DNA from: Antedon mediterranea
Lineage: Eukaryota > Animalia > Echinodermata
NCBI RefSeq assembly: GCF_964355755.1
Contig: NC_092676.1
Location: 20,726,871-20,790,870 of the forward strand
Length of the DNA stretch: 64,000 nucleotides
Direction: 5' to 3'
Below, piece after piece: positions 61,746 through 64,000 of this stretch. Position 1 is the stretch's first letter. Each line of letters opens with the position of its first letter. Below the pieces are notes generated by a model. The model saw only the letters and a list, made by a program, of their open reading frames with translations. It searched no databases and was not told the DNA's origin. The position numbers and the translations under genes were made by a program.

Positions 61746-62759
61746 TCAAGCAATTCTACATCTATCTGAAACTAAACGAATGGTTCGATTTTTATTTAAT
61801 GATGTTAAAAGTTCGTATTCGGCTGGCATGTGGTGATTAGTGGTATAATTCAGTGTCCTGTTGTCGTAGTAATGATGTTTTAACGGTTGGCCACTCGGTG
61901 ATTTATAAAATGGATAAAAACCATATAACGAAACATATCGACACATTGACCCAGCTGCTGTATACATGATTAACCCAAGCGATGGGTTTCTTATTTTCCA
62001 AAATCTGAAAAAAAAAAAAATAACTCATTTGTTGTAGGCTATGAAGAAAATTATATTTATGCATGCATAATTTAATGTGCTGATGTCAATTTATTCCTGT
62101 TATCTTTAATTATGTTCATTTTCAGTATGCATTATTATTATTATTTTACTCGTTGAACATTCTTGTAAAAAACGTTAAATCCCCAGCTCAAATCCACTGT
62201 CTTACAAAAACGGAAGTTACTGAAAGAATAGTAAGATTAAGATGATACTTACTTTGTAACTAGTGGTAGTATACCTCGGTACGAATATACAATTCTAACT
62301 GTTAAATTATTCTGTTTGATACCTGCTACAAGATTATGTGCGTAACTTATATTCTTTTCTACGTTCAATTTAGAAATCCATATATAAGTATCATGTAGCT
62401 CTTTAAACGTCTCGTATGAAGTTCTGTAGCAACTATTTGAAGTGTTTGTTAGACATAAACCGCTTTCGATACTGGCGGCCTCATTGAGCACCATCATATC
62501 TATTTTACTACCAACGTCTTGTTCAAAACCAATAGTTTGTGCAAGATTTCCTCTAAAAACAAAGTCGTGTTCATCTATTTCACGTCCACAACTGCTGTTT
62601 AGTAGAATACCAGCACTGCCTACAACTGCACAGGTTCCTTGCATAGGAATACTGTCGATACCTTCTGGTAATTTTGTCATTCGTTTTTTCTGTTTGAAGC
62701 CATCTTTGTAAATTAGTGTTAATAGAGACGGTTTGAATCCAGCCTTCTGAAGTCGTTTT
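61746..62759 (-). CDS. ST8Sia-like sialyltransferase, paralog B (last two exons; 5' exons not found in window)
   Basis: Exons 62759-62253 (sialylmotif L) and 62004-61746 (S, HYYD, VS) are open and highly similar to paralog A, including introns. Confidence 0.88.
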
Positions 62760-64000
62760 CTGTAATAGAAATAAAAACATATACATTCTGGGCTTATAAT
62801 TGAATTTAAAAAAACTCTAGACAGGCATGTTCAAATTCAGTTGCATACTTTTCGTTCTCTTTGTTAGAAGCAAACCATTTTTATTTAATTCGAACTGTCA
62901 ATTTTACATGTAAAATCAGTATAAAAAAAGTATAATATAGTACTTCAATAAAAACACTTCAATATTATTAGTACGAGACTTTGGTCTTTTTGTTTTTCAA
63001 ATCACCCTAAAATCAGACTTTGAATCGGCCATTTTTCACTTTTAATAAAGTTATTCACTTCCTTAAAAAAAAAAACGAACAAAATAATGCATTAATTTAT
63101 TACAATTTACATTACATGTACTGATAATCAATTTGAATATTTTTAATTTTGTTATTTATAGTTATACCTTTTTGTTCTGTTTCAAATTATAATAATAATC
63201 TAGTTTGTGTAATTAATATTCAAATAGATTTATCAAATGAATCCGTATCTTGTAAAAAAGCCACAAAGAGCATTATAATATTACACGGTATACAACAAAA
63301 GAAGGCTGCAATATAAGCGCGTAGGAAAAATGGAAACATCTTTATAGTCAAGTTCTATTTGCAGGAAGGTATAATAGTCTAGTAGGAAATGAGGGTTCCC
63401 ATGCACCCCTGAGGTATATTTTTTTAATGTGATTTTTTATAATCTCAAGTATGTCTAGTAACCAGATCAGGTTGTTAACATTTTCAAATCGTGTCCCATG
63501 GGGTTGTTTTTGACCCATTTAGTCGGCCATGTTGGTTTTAACAAATTAACATTTTTTCGCATTTCTCAGGAACCAGAGGTCGTAGAAATATAATTTTGGT
63601 ACCAAAGTACTCAGTATATGTATGTTTGTATATGCTGTAATGAAAGTTTTTTGTATACAATTACAGGAAGTATGATTTTTGACCTATGACCTTGTTTTTA
63701 AATGGTGTCCATATCTCAAAAACCGGCTGTCATAGAAACTTTAGTCTCAAATTATGCAGAATACCAACATTTATATTCATGGTAATGCAAAAGTTTGTCC
63801 GAAAATGATCGGAAATGATATTTTTGACCTTTGACATAATTTCATTTACATTTTTACACAATTTTGTCCATATTTGAGGGCATTAGCAGTTCTCGATAAC
63901 TAACAGACATAGAAATATAATTTTTGTGTCAAAGTACTCGCGATATGCATTTTTATATTCACACTAATGAAAGTTTTTTGTGAAAAATGACCGGAAGTAG

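Overview
AT-rich, intron-containing animal genomic DNA, probably an invertebrate deuterostome such as an echinoderm (inferred from gene content, not proven). The most striking part is the first ~12 kb, a compact three-gene cassette with intact frames. (i) An 8-exon, ~1088-aa minus-strand protein has a RAG1/Transib-like DDE core that appears to lack the usual Zn ligands and is fused to a BRCT-like domain and an HMG box. (ii) A co-oriented Tudor/chromo-barrel protein lies directly downstream. (iii) A divergently transcribed protein kinase with an RFX-like winged-helix N-terminus is separated from (i) by an 18-copy 21-22 bp array. The cassette lies where the missing 3' exon(s) of a copper transporter (SLC31/CTR) gene should follow, suggesting a large DNA transposon inside an intron, although its left end and TIR/TSD are not visible. 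The rest of the window holds CDK8/19 (13 coding exons, with an intact LINE in an intron), an OST-alpha/SLC51A-like gene, an ST8Sia-like sialyltransferase with an internal exon duplication plus a tandem paralog, a decayed LGR/GRL101-like GPCR, a frameshifted LINE with a 2A peptide, Penelope fragments with hammerhead ribozymes, and many MITEs. All domain calls are by eye and no database search was run.
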